Shown: positions 41,269-57,297, counted from the stretch's first letter. The stretch is 64,000 bases of DNA from Octopus vulgaris (GCA_951406725.2 OX597824.1:9796001-9860000), one strand, 5' to 3'. Numbers and translations: made by a program. The notes: generated by a model from the sequence alone, not told the origin.

Positions 41269-41320
41269 GTCTTACAGCTGTTTCTAGGATATTTATTAAT
41301 TATATCCCTTCATCGGAGAC
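41269..41320 (-). ncRNA. Type I hammerhead motif in a Penelope-like repeat (~41195-41460)
   Basis: gtct CCGATGA a gggatat..atatcct a GAAA C AGCT G TA agac; palindromic loop III. Confidence 0.7.
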
Positions 41321-41465
41321 GGTGTGAGAGGATGGTTAGGCCATAGTTAATTTAGATGTGATACAAAATAGAGAGTGAGGTGGAGGAAAGAAAATAGATG
41401 GAAGATATTTAGATATGTTGAAGTTGTAGATCCATTTTTTAGGCAGAATGGTATATATGTAAGAT

Positions 41466-41519
<54 letters not shown>

Positions 41520-41920
41520 GAGTATGTGAACAAACGAATGAAAAGAGTACTTGACCAAGAATATTGGAGTTATATTGTATTTAATAATCGGTTCACTGGT
41601 CTCCACATTCTCAGATATACGGTGTAGGAATAGACAGGATCTATAAAAAAAGTTTCTAATCATTGCTAGGATTAAATATTTAGGCTTCCATTATTAGTCA
41701 GTTCAGATCTTGTGGGTAGTTTAGTTTCTTTAGCGACAGCAATTCCTTTATTGTATGGTTGACGTAGTAGAGTAGACTGGACATGGCGTCAGTTTGGTCA
41801 GAGTAAGCGGCAACAGCTACGAGGGAAAGTAGTTGGCGATAATGATAATAACGCTGATAAGAAAATAATTTCAATATGTGATATAACAAGGATTGCAAAT
41901 CTCTGTACAAGAAAATGTGT

Positions 41921-41986
<66 letters not shown>

Positions 41987-42142
41987 TTGTGTGTGTGTAT
42001 TTGTGTGAAGAGGGAGAGCTTTGTCGTAGCTAATGGCAGATACAGTACGCTTAGCGATATTTATCAAAATTGGTAAATGTTTTTCTTTATATCTTCTGGT
42101 GTTACAATTATTTCTAGTCAAACTTCTAAGGCTCCCTTTCAA

Positions 42143-43240
42143 ATGTTAACAACATCTTTACTATTTTTTTCCATGCAGATGGAGTCTATGAAGTATTTTT
42201 TGTCTCCCTAAACAAATATAAAAATATGGCCGACATTTGTTGAAAGCTACCAAACGGAAGTTATTCACATCCAAATGGATGGACGCAGTTTGAGCGATTT
42301 TATAAAACATAAAATCATTTCAAGTTATACAATAATCTCCTTGAAATCTTCTGCAGCAGACTTTAGATGTGCTGTGAAATCAAAATCCGATGTTCGACAA
42401 AACAACGAAAGAAATAAAAGGAAATAAAAAGAAAAGAAAAATCCAACAAAAACGAAATCATTTTCGTCGGTAACTAATGTTATTTTAGTTAGAAATCAAA
42501 GCAAACATTTTTCTGTAAGTTAAGATGGAACGAAACATTAAATAGGGACACTAGTTGAGAGATGTAACATTTGACACCGCCATATTTTTTTGTTTACAAA
42601 GTAAAATGTTCTCTGATGGATATTGCCGCACTTCTCACACAAATTACTCCCAATTTCTATTTGCAGTTGTAGTCGTAATATTTTGCTGAAAGCATCAAGA
42701 TTCATGGAAGAGCAGAAAACCATATCTTGTGGAGAGTAAACACAATAAACTATACTTTCAAATAACATTTATTATTCGGCTTAAGCAATCAGGACTCGTT
42801 CGCGAGTGTTAGTATTTCTGTTTCTCTGCAAACGAATGCCATATACATGTAGAATATATCAGACATTTTGGCAATTTATTTGAAGGCATAACATTTATTG
42901 CTTTGTCTTTTTTTCTTTTCTGGGAAGCAAAATTATTTATTTTAATTCCTTATCAATACAGTACGTATTAGATCGACTGATCGAAGAACTTTATTGCAAA
43001 AGCATGTTGTCTCGTTTATTTATCCCTCCTCCTCGGCAATATGTAAATATTGCGCTGTTTTCGTAAGAGAAAAATAGATTGCATTAGTGAATTTAAAACT
43101 AGACTCAATATTATTTTAGATACGATGTAAGTTTCTAATCGTGAGATCCGCTGAGAACGAAAGCCAATTTATTGCATATATATAAATATCTGTTTTTTTA
43201 TGCTAATGTCAGCCGAAAAGTTTGCTGATCAATGATAGCG
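42143..43240 (+). repeat. Left arm of ~1.1-kb inverted duplication
   Basis: Reverse complement of 46470-47563; twin ORFs 42538-42768(-) and 46943-47173(+) differ by one residue. Confidence 0.95.
42220..42520 (+). promoter_or_regulatory. Candidate promoter and non-coding first exon (mirrored on the minus strand at ~47190-47490)
   Basis: In order: YY1-like AATATGGCCG, ETS-like CGGAAGT, TATAAAA at 42301, A-rich leader, donor GTAAGT at 42515. Confidence 0.35.
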
Positions 43241-43629
43241 TCGTGTTTTTATTGGCCAAAGACGCTCCCAAGATAATAACATCACACCAGGATAGATAGG
43301 ACGAAGGATTAATCGTAATTTAAGTAAATTTAGCATAAAAAATTATTCCGCTTCTTATCTAATCTACGTCGCATTCAATTAAATTTTGCGCTGCAAAAGC
43401 TGAACACATTTTCCGATGTCTTTATTGTACACAGCAAAGTCAGCCTCACTACATTGTTCTTCCATTAGAGAATATCTCAGCAGATGTTACATGGTAATAT
43501 TGGAAATATTTTATTCATTATAAACAGATTATCTTTTTCCATTTGGGGCATTTTATGTGAATTCTAAAGACCTGGGTTTGTGTGACGAGTGAAATGTGTA
43601 TGTAAAGCCCGTGATCCACATATATATAT

Positions 43630-43863
43630 ACTCTTTCACTCTTTTACTCTTTTACTTGTTTCTGCCATTTGACTGCGGCCATGCTGGAGCACCACCTTTA
43701 GTCGAGCAAATCGAACCGAGGACTTATTGTTTGTAAGCCTAGAACTTATTCTATCGGTCTCGTATGCCGAACCGCCAAGTTACGGGAACGTAAACACACC
43801 AGCATCAGTTGTCAAGCGATGTTTGAGGGGTGGGCAAACACAGACACACAAATACACACCCAA

Positions 43864-43894
<31 letters not shown>

Positions 43895-44162
43895 TATGAC
43901 GAGGCAATAGTAAAAGATACTTGCCTAAGGTACCACAAAGTGGGACTGAACCTGGAACCATGTGGTTGGTAAGCAAGCTACTCCTGCGCCTATACATATA
44001 CATATATACGACAGGCTTCTTTCAGTTTCCGTCTACCAAATCCACTCACAAGGCTTTGGTAGGTCCGAGGCTGTAGTAGAAGACACTTGCCCAAGGTGCC
44101 ACGCAGTGGGAATGAACCCTGAACCATGTGGTTGGTTAGCAAGCTGCTTACCACACAGCCAC
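43630..44162 (-). mobile_element. SINE family B with duplicated head
   Basis: Tail 43630-43860; heads at ~43897-43992 and ~44008-44162. Confidence 0.85.
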
Positions 44163-44480
44163 TATATATATTTTCTATGCACTGTTTACATGATTATAAA
44201 CTAAAAGGGTTCTAAAGAAATTTTGGAGATTACCAGTTATAAATATTTTTATCATCAGTCATCCCAATCCTCAATTAACGTCTACTTTTCCAAACTTGCA
44301 TGGGTCAGATGGAATTGGCTGAGGCAGATTTTCCACGGATGGATATCCTTCCTGATATCAATATTCACCTGCTTCCGAGCAAGGTAATATTTCTCCATGA
44401 CCAGAAATGTTCTTCCTGGAAGAACGGAAAGGAACGTTGATTCTCATTAACGACCATCACATGATTTCAAGACAGGAGTC

Positions 44481-44537
<57 letters not shown>

Positions 44538-44791
44538 GGCGCGTATATGTCAGGCTTTTTTCAGTTTCCGTGACAAATCCACTTTGGTCAGCCTGAGACT
44601 AAAGTAGAAAATACCAGCAAAACAACCCACATAGGTTGATCACATGACCAGACGGTTGACAAGCAAGCTTTATAACCATACGGCTACACCTGCGCCTATG
44701 GAATATTATCCTCTTAAAAACAAAGGAAAATATTACATATTTATGTAATTTTAATTTTTAATTTTCAGTTTACACAAATACACACGCACAC

Positions 44792-44823
<32 letters not shown>

Positions 44824-44977
44824 CGGAATATTACACGTATATACTACTATTATGCCTATAAAACGGATTTACAACTTCAACACCCATACATATCTTACAT
44901 CTATTTTCTTTCCTCCACCTCACTCTCTATTTGTATCACATCGAAACTAACTATGACTTAACTTTTCATCTCACACC

Positions 44978-45032
44978 GTCTCCGATGAAGGGATATTATT
45001 ATTAATTAATATTCTAGAAACAGCTGTAAGAC
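44978..45032 (+). ncRNA. Type I hammerhead motif in a Penelope-like repeat (~44860-45098)
   Basis: gtct CCGATGA a gggatatt..aatattct a GAAA C AGCT G TA agac; same family as 41269. Confidence 0.7.
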
Positions 45033-45118
45033 ATTCTATCTATAAATGCTCTAATATCTATACAGCCTTGTTTTTTTATCTCATTACGCGAAAAATCCAT
45101 ATATATATGTATGTATGC

Positions 45119-45453
<335 letters not shown>

Positions 45454-45481
45454 GATATATGATATATAGATATATATAATA

Positions 45482-45537
<56 letters not shown>

Positions 45538-45562
45538 TATAGATATATATATGTAGATATAA

Positions 45563-45608
<46 letters not shown>

Positions 45609-45612
45609 CACA

Positions 45613-45727
<115 letters not shown>

Positions 45728-46469
45728 CTGGCTTTTTCAGTTAGCGTCTTTCAGTAGGCTTTGATCGACCCAGTATTACAAAGACGGCATTTGCCCAAAG
45801 TGCCACGCTATGAGATTGAACCTGGAAACCATGTAATTGAATACCAAACTTCTTACCATACAGTCACGCCTGCGCCTGTTTATATAGTAAAGATTTCGAA
45901 TTCCTTACCCACACACATTTTTCCATTTTCTCAACCTAAATTATTATGAGATCCAACATTGTTCAGATCAGGTGTGCTTTGTTTGAGATTATTGGACGTC
46001 ACACAGTGAAGAGAAGTACAGGGAAAAGTATTTATTTGAGTAGAAATAAAATAATTCTATCTCGAATATATAACAAGGAAATTAGACAATATTATTATGA
46101 TTTAGTCTTTAAAAATTGTTAAAATGAAGGACAGCTCGTTTTAAAAAATTTACGAAGTTCGGAAGAAAACAACCCAGCGTCTCAAATCTGCATTCATGAA
46201 ACCGCAATAAGAAAAATATAAATCATTTTGAGGAAGAAAAAAACAATACTGTTTACGTTTGATGTGGCGAGGACGAGTAAGCTTCATGTCGGACAGAAAA
46301 TGTTGAAAGCTTTGAGGTTTTTAGAAAACATTTCAAAGAAATTCGTTCCACCACGAGTTAACTATTTTGGCCAAAGAGAAAAAAATCTACGAAGTCTGTA
46401 TGTAACTGAATCTTGTATACACCATTGTAGTCAGTGAAAGTACAAATCTCTTATAGAATATTTTGGTAT

Positions 46470-47563
46470 TCTTTCATCAACCAGAAAGCGTTCGAGCTGG
46501 TATTTGCTTAGAAAAACAAATATTCATGATTGCAATTAACTAGCATTCATTTTCTCTTGATCTCACGATTAGAAACTTACCTTTTATCTAAAATATTCTT
46601 CTGTTTGGTTTTAAATTCTCTAATGTAATCTATTTTTCATTTGGAAAAACCCACCGCAATGTTTACAGATTGCAGAGAGTGAGAGATACGAAAACGAGGC
46701 AACATACTTTCGTAATAAAGTTTTTCCATCAGTCGATCCAATACGAACTACTTTGATAAGAGATGAAAATAAATAATTTTGCTTTCCAGAAAAGAAAAAA
46801 AAGACAAAGCAATAAAATGTTATGCCTTCAAATAAATTGCCAAAATGTCTGATATATTCTACATGTATATGGCATTCGTTTGCAGAGAAACAGAAATACT
46901 AACACTCGCGAACGAGTCCTGATTGCTTAAGCCGAATAATAAATGTTATTTGAAAGTATAGTTTATTGTGTTTACTCTCCACAAGATATGGTTTTCTGCT
47001 CTTCCATGAATCTTGATGCTTTCAGCAAAATATTACGACTACAACTGCAAATAGAAATTGTCAGTAATTTGTGTGAGAAGTGCGGCAATATCCATCAGAG
47101 AACATTTTACTTTGTAAACAAAAAAATATGGCGGTGTCAAATGTTACATCTCTCAACTAGTGTCCCTATTTAATGTTTCGTTCCATCTTAACTTACAGAG
47201 AAATGTTTGCTTTGATTTCTAACTAAAATAACATTAGTTACCGACGAAAATGATTTCGTTTTTGTTGGATTTTTCTTCTTTTTATTTCCTTTTATTTCTT
47301 TCGTTGTTTTGTCGAACATCGGATTTTGATTTCACAGCACATCTAAAGTCTGCTGCAGAAGATTTCAAGGAGATTATTGTATAACTTGAAATGATTTTAT
47401 GTTTTATAAAATCGCTCAAACTGCGTCCATCCATTTGGATGTGAATAACTTCCGTTTGGTAGCTTTTAACAAATGTCGGCCATATTTTTAGATGTGTTCA
47501 GGGAGAAAAAATACTTCATAGACTCCATCTGCATGGAAAAGAATAGTTAAGATGTTGTTAACA
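46470..47563 (-). repeat. Right arm of ~1.1-kb inverted duplication
   Basis: See 42143-43240. Confidence 0.95.
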
Positions 47564-47734
47564 TGTTTAATAAAAAAGAACCTTTAAATGTTTGGCTAGA
47601 AACAATTCTCCGGTGAGAAAGAAGTAAATTATTAGACATCATTATTATAGATTCTGTTAAATCTGTCTGTAACATAACATCTGGTTTCATTTTCAACATC
47701 CCACATTTCTCTCATCGCTCCCTCTCTCTGTAAG

Positions 47735-48354
47735 TATATATGTATGTGTGTATGTATGTTCGTACGTATTACGTGCTTGCATACGTATGTATGTATGTAT
47801 GTATGTATGTATGTATGTATGTATGTATGTATGTATGTATGTATGTATGTATGTATATATGTATGTATGTATGTATGTACGTATGTATGTATGTATGTAT
47901 GTATGTATGTGTGTACGTATGTATGTATGTGTGTACGTATGTATGTATGTATGTATGAATGTATGTGTGTACGTATGTATGTATGTATGTATGTATGTAT
48001 GTATGTATGTGTGTACGTATGTATGTATGTATGTATGTATGTACGTATGTATGTGTGTATGTATGTATGTATGCATGTGTGTATGTATGTACGTACGTAC
48101 GTACGTATGTATACATGTATACATGTATGTATTATGTATGTATGTATGTATGTATGTATATATGTATGTAAGTATGTATGTATGTATGTATGAATGGATG
48201 TATGTATGTATGTACGTATGTATGTATGTATTATGTATGTATGTGTGTATGTATGTATGTATGTATGTATGAATGGATGTATGTATGTATGTATGTATGT
48301 ATGTATGTATGTATGTATGTATGTATGTATGTATGTATGTATGTATGTATGTAT
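47735..48354. repeat. (TATG)n microsatellite
   Basis: Direct reading. Confidence 0.97.
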
Positions 48355-48519
48355 AGACACAGATACACACATATATTTCTCAACACAGTGGTTGAAAACA
48401 TTAAGCTACCACTTTCGAAAATAAAAACATTTCTTCTATTAAATGAAGTTTATCAGAAAAGGGAAGGAAAATTATGAATCTCGGTCCTTTAAATTTTACT
48501 CGTATATAAACTGAACTTG

Positions 48520-48820
48520 TGGAGGCGCAATGGCCCGGTGGTTAGGGCAGCTGACTCGCGGTTTCGATTCCCAGACCGGGCGTTGTGTGTGTTTATTGCG
48601 CGAAAACACCTAAAAGCTCCACAAGGCTTCGGCAGGGGGTGGTGACGACCCCTCTTGTACTCTTTCGCCCCAACTTTCTCTCACTCTTTCTTCCTGTTTC
48701 TTGAGTAACGCTGCGATGGACTGGCGTCCCGTCCAGCTGGTGGGGAGGGCACATACGTCACAGAAACCGGGAAACCGGGCCCATGAGCCTGGCTAGGTTT
48801 GAAAAGGGCGCATAAAACAA
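48520..48820 (+). mobile_element. SINE family C, tail iii
   Basis: Shared head; then gctgcgatggactggcgtcccgtccag...gaaaccgggaaaccgggccc. Confidence 0.88.
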
Positions 48821-49227
48821 AATAAAAAATATGAATCAAACTTATGAATAAATATTTCTTTTTCTCTGATAATCTTTCGTAAGTTCATTTCTTCATAGTA
48901 AACAATGCCATATATTTAACTCTCTAGTTGTTAGTGCTTTACCTCGTTCTCGAGCCCCAAACATAAAGAACGTAGACGAATCATTCACTCAGTCCACTTC
49001 CGAAGAACGCGTAATTTCCTGAAGAGAATCAACGATGCAGCGAAAGTCTTCTATCTCTGTTTTTACCTCGATTTCTCACCTAATACAGCCCCCACCTCAC
49101 TTATCTGTCGCACTCTCAGTTTTTCTCTCTCTCTCTCTCTTTCTTTCTTTCTCTCTCGCTCTCTCTCCCTTTCTATCTTTATCTTTTCTCTCTCTTTCTA
49201 CCTCTATCTTTCTCTCTCTCTCTCTAT

Positions 49228-49324
<97 letters not shown>

Positions 49325-49367
49325 ATGCATATACATATATATGTATGTATATATATATATATATATA

Positions 49368-49398
<31 letters not shown>

Positions 49399-49408
49399 GC
49401 TCTCTCTT

Positions 49409-49469
<61 letters not shown>

Positions 49470-50115
49470 TTGCATCTATATATTTATGCATGCATATACA
49501 CAGACCACGCATATAATTTCTCGCTAAACACATTAGAGCAACAACTTTCGAAAACAGAAAATTTATTCTTTTAAAAAAAAAACGTTTGTTACGTAAAGAA
49601 AAGAAAATTACTAATCTCCGTTCTTTAAATTTCGCATAAAAAAAACTTACGAACAAACCATTCGTTTTTCTTTATTAAAGTTTAACACTATACTTTCTTC
49701 ACGGTAGGAAATGCCATCTCTCCAGCTGTCTACTTATCCATCTTTCACTGGTTTTACCTCGAGCTCTCATCCAATTCAGAAGAAACCTAGACGGCTACAG
49801 GTACTGTCCTTCTCTTCAGTTTTCTCCTTTCAGTCATTTCAGAAAATATTTGAATGGTTATTTTCTTACAGCTATTTCTTCGAAATTAATTTATATTAGT
49901 GAGTTGTTTGTCATGAACGAAGTATGTGAACCTGAGAATCTCACAGGCGTCCTAATTATGAAAATGTTTAGATTCACTAAAAGTGCTGAATACACAGATA
50001 TTGATGGATTGTCGAAAATTCCTTTCTGTGGTTTGTAGTTTATAATGCTGTATGTAGAAATAAACACAGTTAAAATTTAATATGTATCCATGTAGGCAGA
50101 CAGATAGATAGACAA

Positions 50116-50158
<43 letters not shown>

Positions 50159-50355
50159 TGTTTCTTTATTAGCCACACAGGGCTGCACACAGATAGAACA
50201 AATTACAAGGTAGAGCTTTTCTTTTTAAGGTTTAAAAAAAAAAAAAAAAAAAGGAAGGGGGAGTTTCGATCAAAAGGGATCGTAAAAGGAGAGAAAGAGG
50301 ACAAAAAAAAGGGGGGGGGTTAAAAAAAGGGGGAGAGGAAAAAAAAAAAAAAAAA

Positions 50356-50358
<3 letters not shown>
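50159..50358 (-). mobile_element. Tx1-like LINE 3' end (copy 1, ~200 bp) in (GATA)n
   Basis: Nearly identical to the 3' end of copy 2; GATA arrays on both sides. Confidence 0.85.
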
Positions 50359-51978
<1,620 letters not shown>

Positions 51979-52356
51979 GGATGGATGGATAGATAGACAA
52001 ACAGACAGACATTATCAAATGGTATCCTTCGTCTTTTAATGAAGTAAGATCTGATTTCAGGAAGATTTGGCTGTTATACTTAGTCAGACGAGCAGCTTCA
52101 TATATACACCCTCATTGTATCATAGCCCGATCATGTCTTATTGCTTCAATTCCATATTTCTGAGATGGGGAATTTTATATTATGTTTTACTAGTCGGAGT
52201 GGTGTCCTCATCTTTATTGTTGCTTTGACTACGTTTGGGTTGTGAATGTTCCACCGTACGGAAGAAAAAAGGCCGGAGCTTACACAACCGAAACCTAGTA
52301 AAAACAGCGATCAAGATGGGAACACCACTCCGAATTATGCATAATGCTACTGTTGC

Positions 52357-52725
52357 TGTTTGTTTTGTTTGTTTGTTGAGCGAAGCGGTCTTCGTCCCAG
52401 AGCTCGCAAGATCGCGCCTCAGGATTGTAGTGGGAGAAGTCCGAAACGTGGTCCTTTGCTATTCGTAAGACCCTCAGAAGAGAAAGCAGGTCAACCCCCG
52501 ACACCGAGAGCATCGACGGATGGATGAATGTGCATCCAGGCTCAGCGGTTGCGTAGGAAGTCGGGGACAAGAAACAGGAAGAAAGAGTGAGAGAAAGTTG
52601 GAGTGAAAGAGTACAACAGGGGTCTCCACCACCCACTGCCGGAGCCTCGTGGAGCTTTAGGTGTTTTCGCTCAATAAACACAAACAACGCCCAGCCTGGG
52701 GATCGAAACCGTGATCCTCCGACCG
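52357..52725 (-). mobile_element. SINE family C, tail ii
   Basis: Matches 23870-24260. Confidence 0.9.
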
Positions 52726-53097
52726 TTGCTGTCGTTATCGTAGTTGTCTAGCTCCAGCTCATCTCTGACCAAACACGCATTCTATGACCAACTTATTTTA
52801 CTTAAACTCAATGTATCCAGGATTACATAATTCAAAATGGTCATTCATTCATTTTTTTAGGAAGTCCGGTACAGATTGAGGAATTTAGAAGTTATACTGG
52901 CGATACCATGTATAAGTAGAGACGTCGTTGTCGTTTGGTTCTGGATAAAAACCGAAATAAACATTGACAAAAGCGTAGATGTGACCGTGTGGTAAGAAGC
53001 TTGCTTCTCAAGAACAAGGATCCGGGTTCAGCCCTCACCCACATAGAGGTTATCTTGGTAGTTCTTAAAGTGCTACAATACGTATCATCAGCATACC

Positions 53098-53326
53098 TAT
53101 TTCTTTACTACCCACAAGGGGCTAAACATAGAGGGGACAAACAAGGACAGACAAACGGATTAAATCGATTACATCGACCCCAGTGCGTAACTGGTACTTA
53201 ATTTATCGACCCCGAAAGGATGAAAGGCAAAGTCGACCTCGGCGGAATTTGAACTCAGAACGTAGCAGCAGACGAAATACGGCTACGCATTTCGACCGGT
53301 GTGCTAACGGTTCTGCCAGTTCGCCG
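53098..53326 (-). mobile_element. SINE family A (tail A1)
   Basis: Full length; TSD gtatcatcagcatacc (GGTATG... on the element strand). Confidence 0.92.
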
Positions 53327-54129
53327 TATCATCAGCATACCGGGAGCCATTCCATTACCTATACATCTCTAGAATTTAATATTTGCCTCTGTACCAAGCC
53401 AAAATCAATCACTATAAAATTAGAAAGAAATGAAAGTAAAAAAAAAACAAAAACATGCCTCCTCTGATTCCATATTACATTAGTAATATTCCTCCGAAGT
53501 AAAAATGAGATTACTTAAATCCGGTTGTAGTATCGAAATCGGAAAGGATCGATTATAAAAGGGGAAGAACAAATGCAAAGAAATTTATTTATCCGCATTA
53601 ATAAATTTTCTGTAATTGTGAAATTGCTGTACCCTGTTCGGTGCACTGAGCAATTAATCAATTTAAAATAACAGATCGAATGCAGGAGATTGGAATGAAA
53701 TATATATAATCTAATTAAAGCGTTCTAATTAGAGATACAACAGTCATTTCATCAAGGCTGTGATGAGAACGAGATACACAAGAACGAGGAGATTGTAAGT
53801 AAGAAAAGCTCGTTGCTTTTGGGGGAGGAAAACAAAACAGGGACGAGAGGCTGATTGATTTAATTAGAGAATAGAAAACGAGGAATACAGAGGAGGAGGA
53901 GGGAGAGAGAGGGAGAGAGGGAGAGAGGGAGAGAGGGAGAAAGAGAGTGAAGCAGAAAGTCATGAAGGGGAATGGGTAAAAATAATGAGGCGGGTAAAAG
54001 AAGGCTGGAAATGGAAAGAAAAAAAATGGAAACGTGAGGCTGTGGGACTTCATTAGAGAAGGAAGATGATGAAAGAGAGAAAGAGAGAGCAGGAAAGAAA
54101 GAAAGAAGAAAAAGGAAAGAGAGAGTAGA

Positions 54130-54166
<37 letters not shown>

Positions 54167-54185
54167 TCTTTCTTATATATATATA

Positions 54186-54567
54186 CTAGCAGTATCGCCC
54201 GGCGTTGCTCAGGTTTGTAAGGGAAATAACTATAAAGCATTTTTAGAGAGTTATAGCCAAAAAATAGCAAAAAAATGGGAAAAAATGATGGTAAATTTTT
54301 TTTGAGATTTAAAAAAGGTGGAGTTGCGTCCCTAGACAGTTTGTGGTTCGTGTTTCTGATTCTCGACCCCATGTCGAATTTATCGATTTTTTCAGAACTG
54401 GGGGAACTTTTCAAAATTTTCGCTGCGTTAGTTTTGAATTATGACATTGGGCTATGTGTGTGTCAAGTTTCATCAGAATCGGTTGAAAGATGTGGTCAGG
54501 GTGAGGGTACAAGCAAACAGACACACAGAAACACGCACAGACAAACTGCCGTTTATATAGAGAGAGA
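54186..54567 (-). mobile_element. Non-autonomous Helitron
   Basis: Minus strand reads A|TC..TATATAAA...subterminal hairpin c(c/t)gagcaacgccgggc..CTAG|T; no TSD. Confidence 0.75.
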
Positions 54568-54656
54568 TAAATACATATGTATATATCGATAGATACATAC
54601 GTACATAGATGTATATATATATGTTGTGGTGCAACTGAGCACTGTATACAATAATT

Positions 54657-54689
<33 letters not shown>

Positions 54690-54732
54690 GCATTATATAC
54701 ATATGCGTGTATATATATATATATATATATAT

Positions 54733-54797
<65 letters not shown>

Positions 54798-54987
54798 TAT
54801 AAATATTTGTATATATATATATATATACATATACACACTCACGTGCATACACACCCTAACCCTAATAGCAGCGCGTATGCATAGGCTTGCGTTGATATAT
54901 ATATGTCCATGAGAGTGTATGCGTGTAATTGTACGTCTGTACGTATGAACGGATGTGTATAGTATATGTACGCATACACTATATACG

Positions 54988-55023
<36 letters not shown>

Positions 55024-55925
55024 AGCGTGCGTGCACACGCATACGCACACACAGACACAGGCACACACACATCCGACTAGTTTACCGGTTAAAAGAGAAA
55101 CGTTTTAATTTTTCATAATTTTATAATATGTATAATGGCATGTAGACAAGAATAATCTCCTGTAGTCAGAGATAATCCTTTGCAGAAACGAATAATCCTG
55201 CCCATAACGGAATGAACATGCTGCATTCTATAGAATCAAAAGAAATTCAATTTATTCCTTACAGAAAACTGATTCTAAGTGAAGAGCGAAATCTGGCGAT
55301 GTAAGATTAATGTCGCTTCTTTCTTTCTTTCCTTCTGTTCTTTCTCTTTAGACTTCATTTCTGTTGTAATTCGATTTTCCCCCCTGTTGCCTCTCAGCTA
55401 TATTAAGCATATTCGCAACCCCCCGACCCGTGTTGCAGCCTCCGTCGTAACATGTTGACCTTCAAGAAAGCGCGGTCAAATCACTAGGAAGTCTAATCGT
55501 CGGGTTTTAAGCAAGGAAGGACGCGTGTGGATAACGCAGAGGTGGACGTCTTTTAGTAACTGAGCAGGCTGTGGCTGGCTGGCTGGATGGATGGATGGAT
55601 GGATGGATGGATGGATGGATGGATGGATAGATGGATGGATGGATGGATGGATGGATGGATGGATGGATGGATGGATGGATGGATGGATGGAGTGCTTTTG
55701 ATGGTAGAGTCTTAAAAGGGAATTTAAAAAGGAGGACATATTGGAAAACGTTGCCCTGGAGATATATATAGACACAGACACACAGACACTTATATGCATG
55801 TATGTATGTATGTATGTATGTATGTATGTATGTATGTATGTATGTATTCATGTATGTATATATGTATGTAGGTAGGTAGGTAGGTAGGTAGGTATGTATG
55901 TATGCATGTATGTATGTATGCATGC

Positions 55926-55958
<33 letters not shown>

Positions 55959-56139
55959 TGTATGTATGTATGTATGTATGTATGCATGTATGCAGGTATG
56001 TATGTATGTATGTATGTATGCGTGTATATATGTATGTATGTATGCGTGTATGTATGTATGTATGTATGTATGAATGTATGTATGTATGTATGTATGTATG
56101 TATGTATGTATGTATGTATGTATGTATGTATCTGTGTAT

Positions 56140-56545
56140 ACTCTTTTACTTGTTTCAGTCATTTGACTGCGGCCATGCTGGAGCACCGCCTTCAGTCGAG
56201 CAAATCGACTCCAGGACTTATTCTTTGTAAGCCTAGTACTTATTCTATCGGTCTCTTTTGCCGAACCGCTAAGTTACGGAGACGTAAACACACCACCCTC
56301 GGTTTCAAGCGATGTTGGGGAGGGGGGCAAACACAGACACACAAACATATACACACATACATATATATATACACATATATACGACAGGCTTCTTTTAGTT
56401 TCCGTCTACCAAATCCATTCACAAGGCTTAGGTCGGCCCGTGGCTATAGTAGAAGACACTTGCCCAAGGTGCCACACAGTGGGACTGAACCCGGAACCAT
56501 GTGGTTGGGAAGCAAGTTGCTTACCACACAGCCATTCCTGCGCCT
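56140..56545 (-). mobile_element. SINE family B, full length
   Basis: tRNA-like head, CORE-like caccttgggcaagtgtctt, internal (TA)/(TG) run, tail. Confidence 0.92.
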
Positions 56546-56593
56546 ATGTATATATATATATATATATATATATACCGCCATAATAGATCGTTA

Positions 56594-56783
56594 GCCACCA
56601 CACACATTTTCTCTCTTTTTTTCTCTCCTTCTTTCTCTCCTTGTTTTTTCTGTGTCCCTTTCTGTAGAAGAGCGTAGGCTCGAAACGTAAAAGACTTTTT
56701 CTATTCCTGAGCGTTATACTAATACATCTGTTTGTTTCGTACACCACCTGTCTTCGTCTTTTGTTTTTTTCGTAAAATCTCCC
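56594..56783 (+). mobile_element. Penelope-like repeat with variant hammerhead (56658-56693)
   Basis: cttt CTGTAGA A GAGC gtag GCTC GAAA CG TA aaag. Confidence 0.65.
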
Positions 56784-56984
56784 TATATATATATTATATA
56801 TTATATATTATATAACATATATTGGTGTGGGTTAAGAAGTTTGCTTCCCAACCATATGGTTCCGGGTTCAGTCCCATTGCATGGTACCTTGGGCATGTGT
56901 CTTCTACTATAGCACATGGCCGACCAAAGCTTGTAAGTGGATTCGGTAGACGTAAACTGAATGTGTGTGTGTGTGTGTGTGTGT

Positions 56985-57016
<32 letters not shown>

Positions 57017-57094
57017 CTATGTGTGTGTGTGTCTGTGTGTGTTCCTACATGTGTTTCTTTGTTTGTGTGTTTGTCCCCACCAGAGAAAAGAGGG

Positions 57095-57297
57095 TAGCGT
57101 TAGGTCGTCGGGCTAAATTCTTAGCGGTATTTCGTCCGTCTATACGTTCTGAGATCAAATTCCTCCGTGGTCCACTTTGCCTTTCATCCTCTCGGAGGTC
57201 TATAAATTAAGTACCAGTTAAATACTGGGGTCGATGTAATCTACTAGTCCCCTCCCCCAAAATGTCAGGCCTTGTGCCTATAGTAGAAAGAATTATG
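57095..57297 (+). mobile_element. SINE family A with tail A2
   Basis: A body followed by tcccctcccccaaaatgtcaggccttgtgcctatagtagaaag. Confidence 0.8.

Noticed and set aside
46943-47173. Twin 76-aa ORFs in the inverted arms
   Set aside because: No recognisable domain, and the identity extends equally into non-coding flanks, so there is no evidence of coding constraint.
54854-54865. CCCTAA x2 telomere-like motif
   Set aside because: Only two units; expected by chance.
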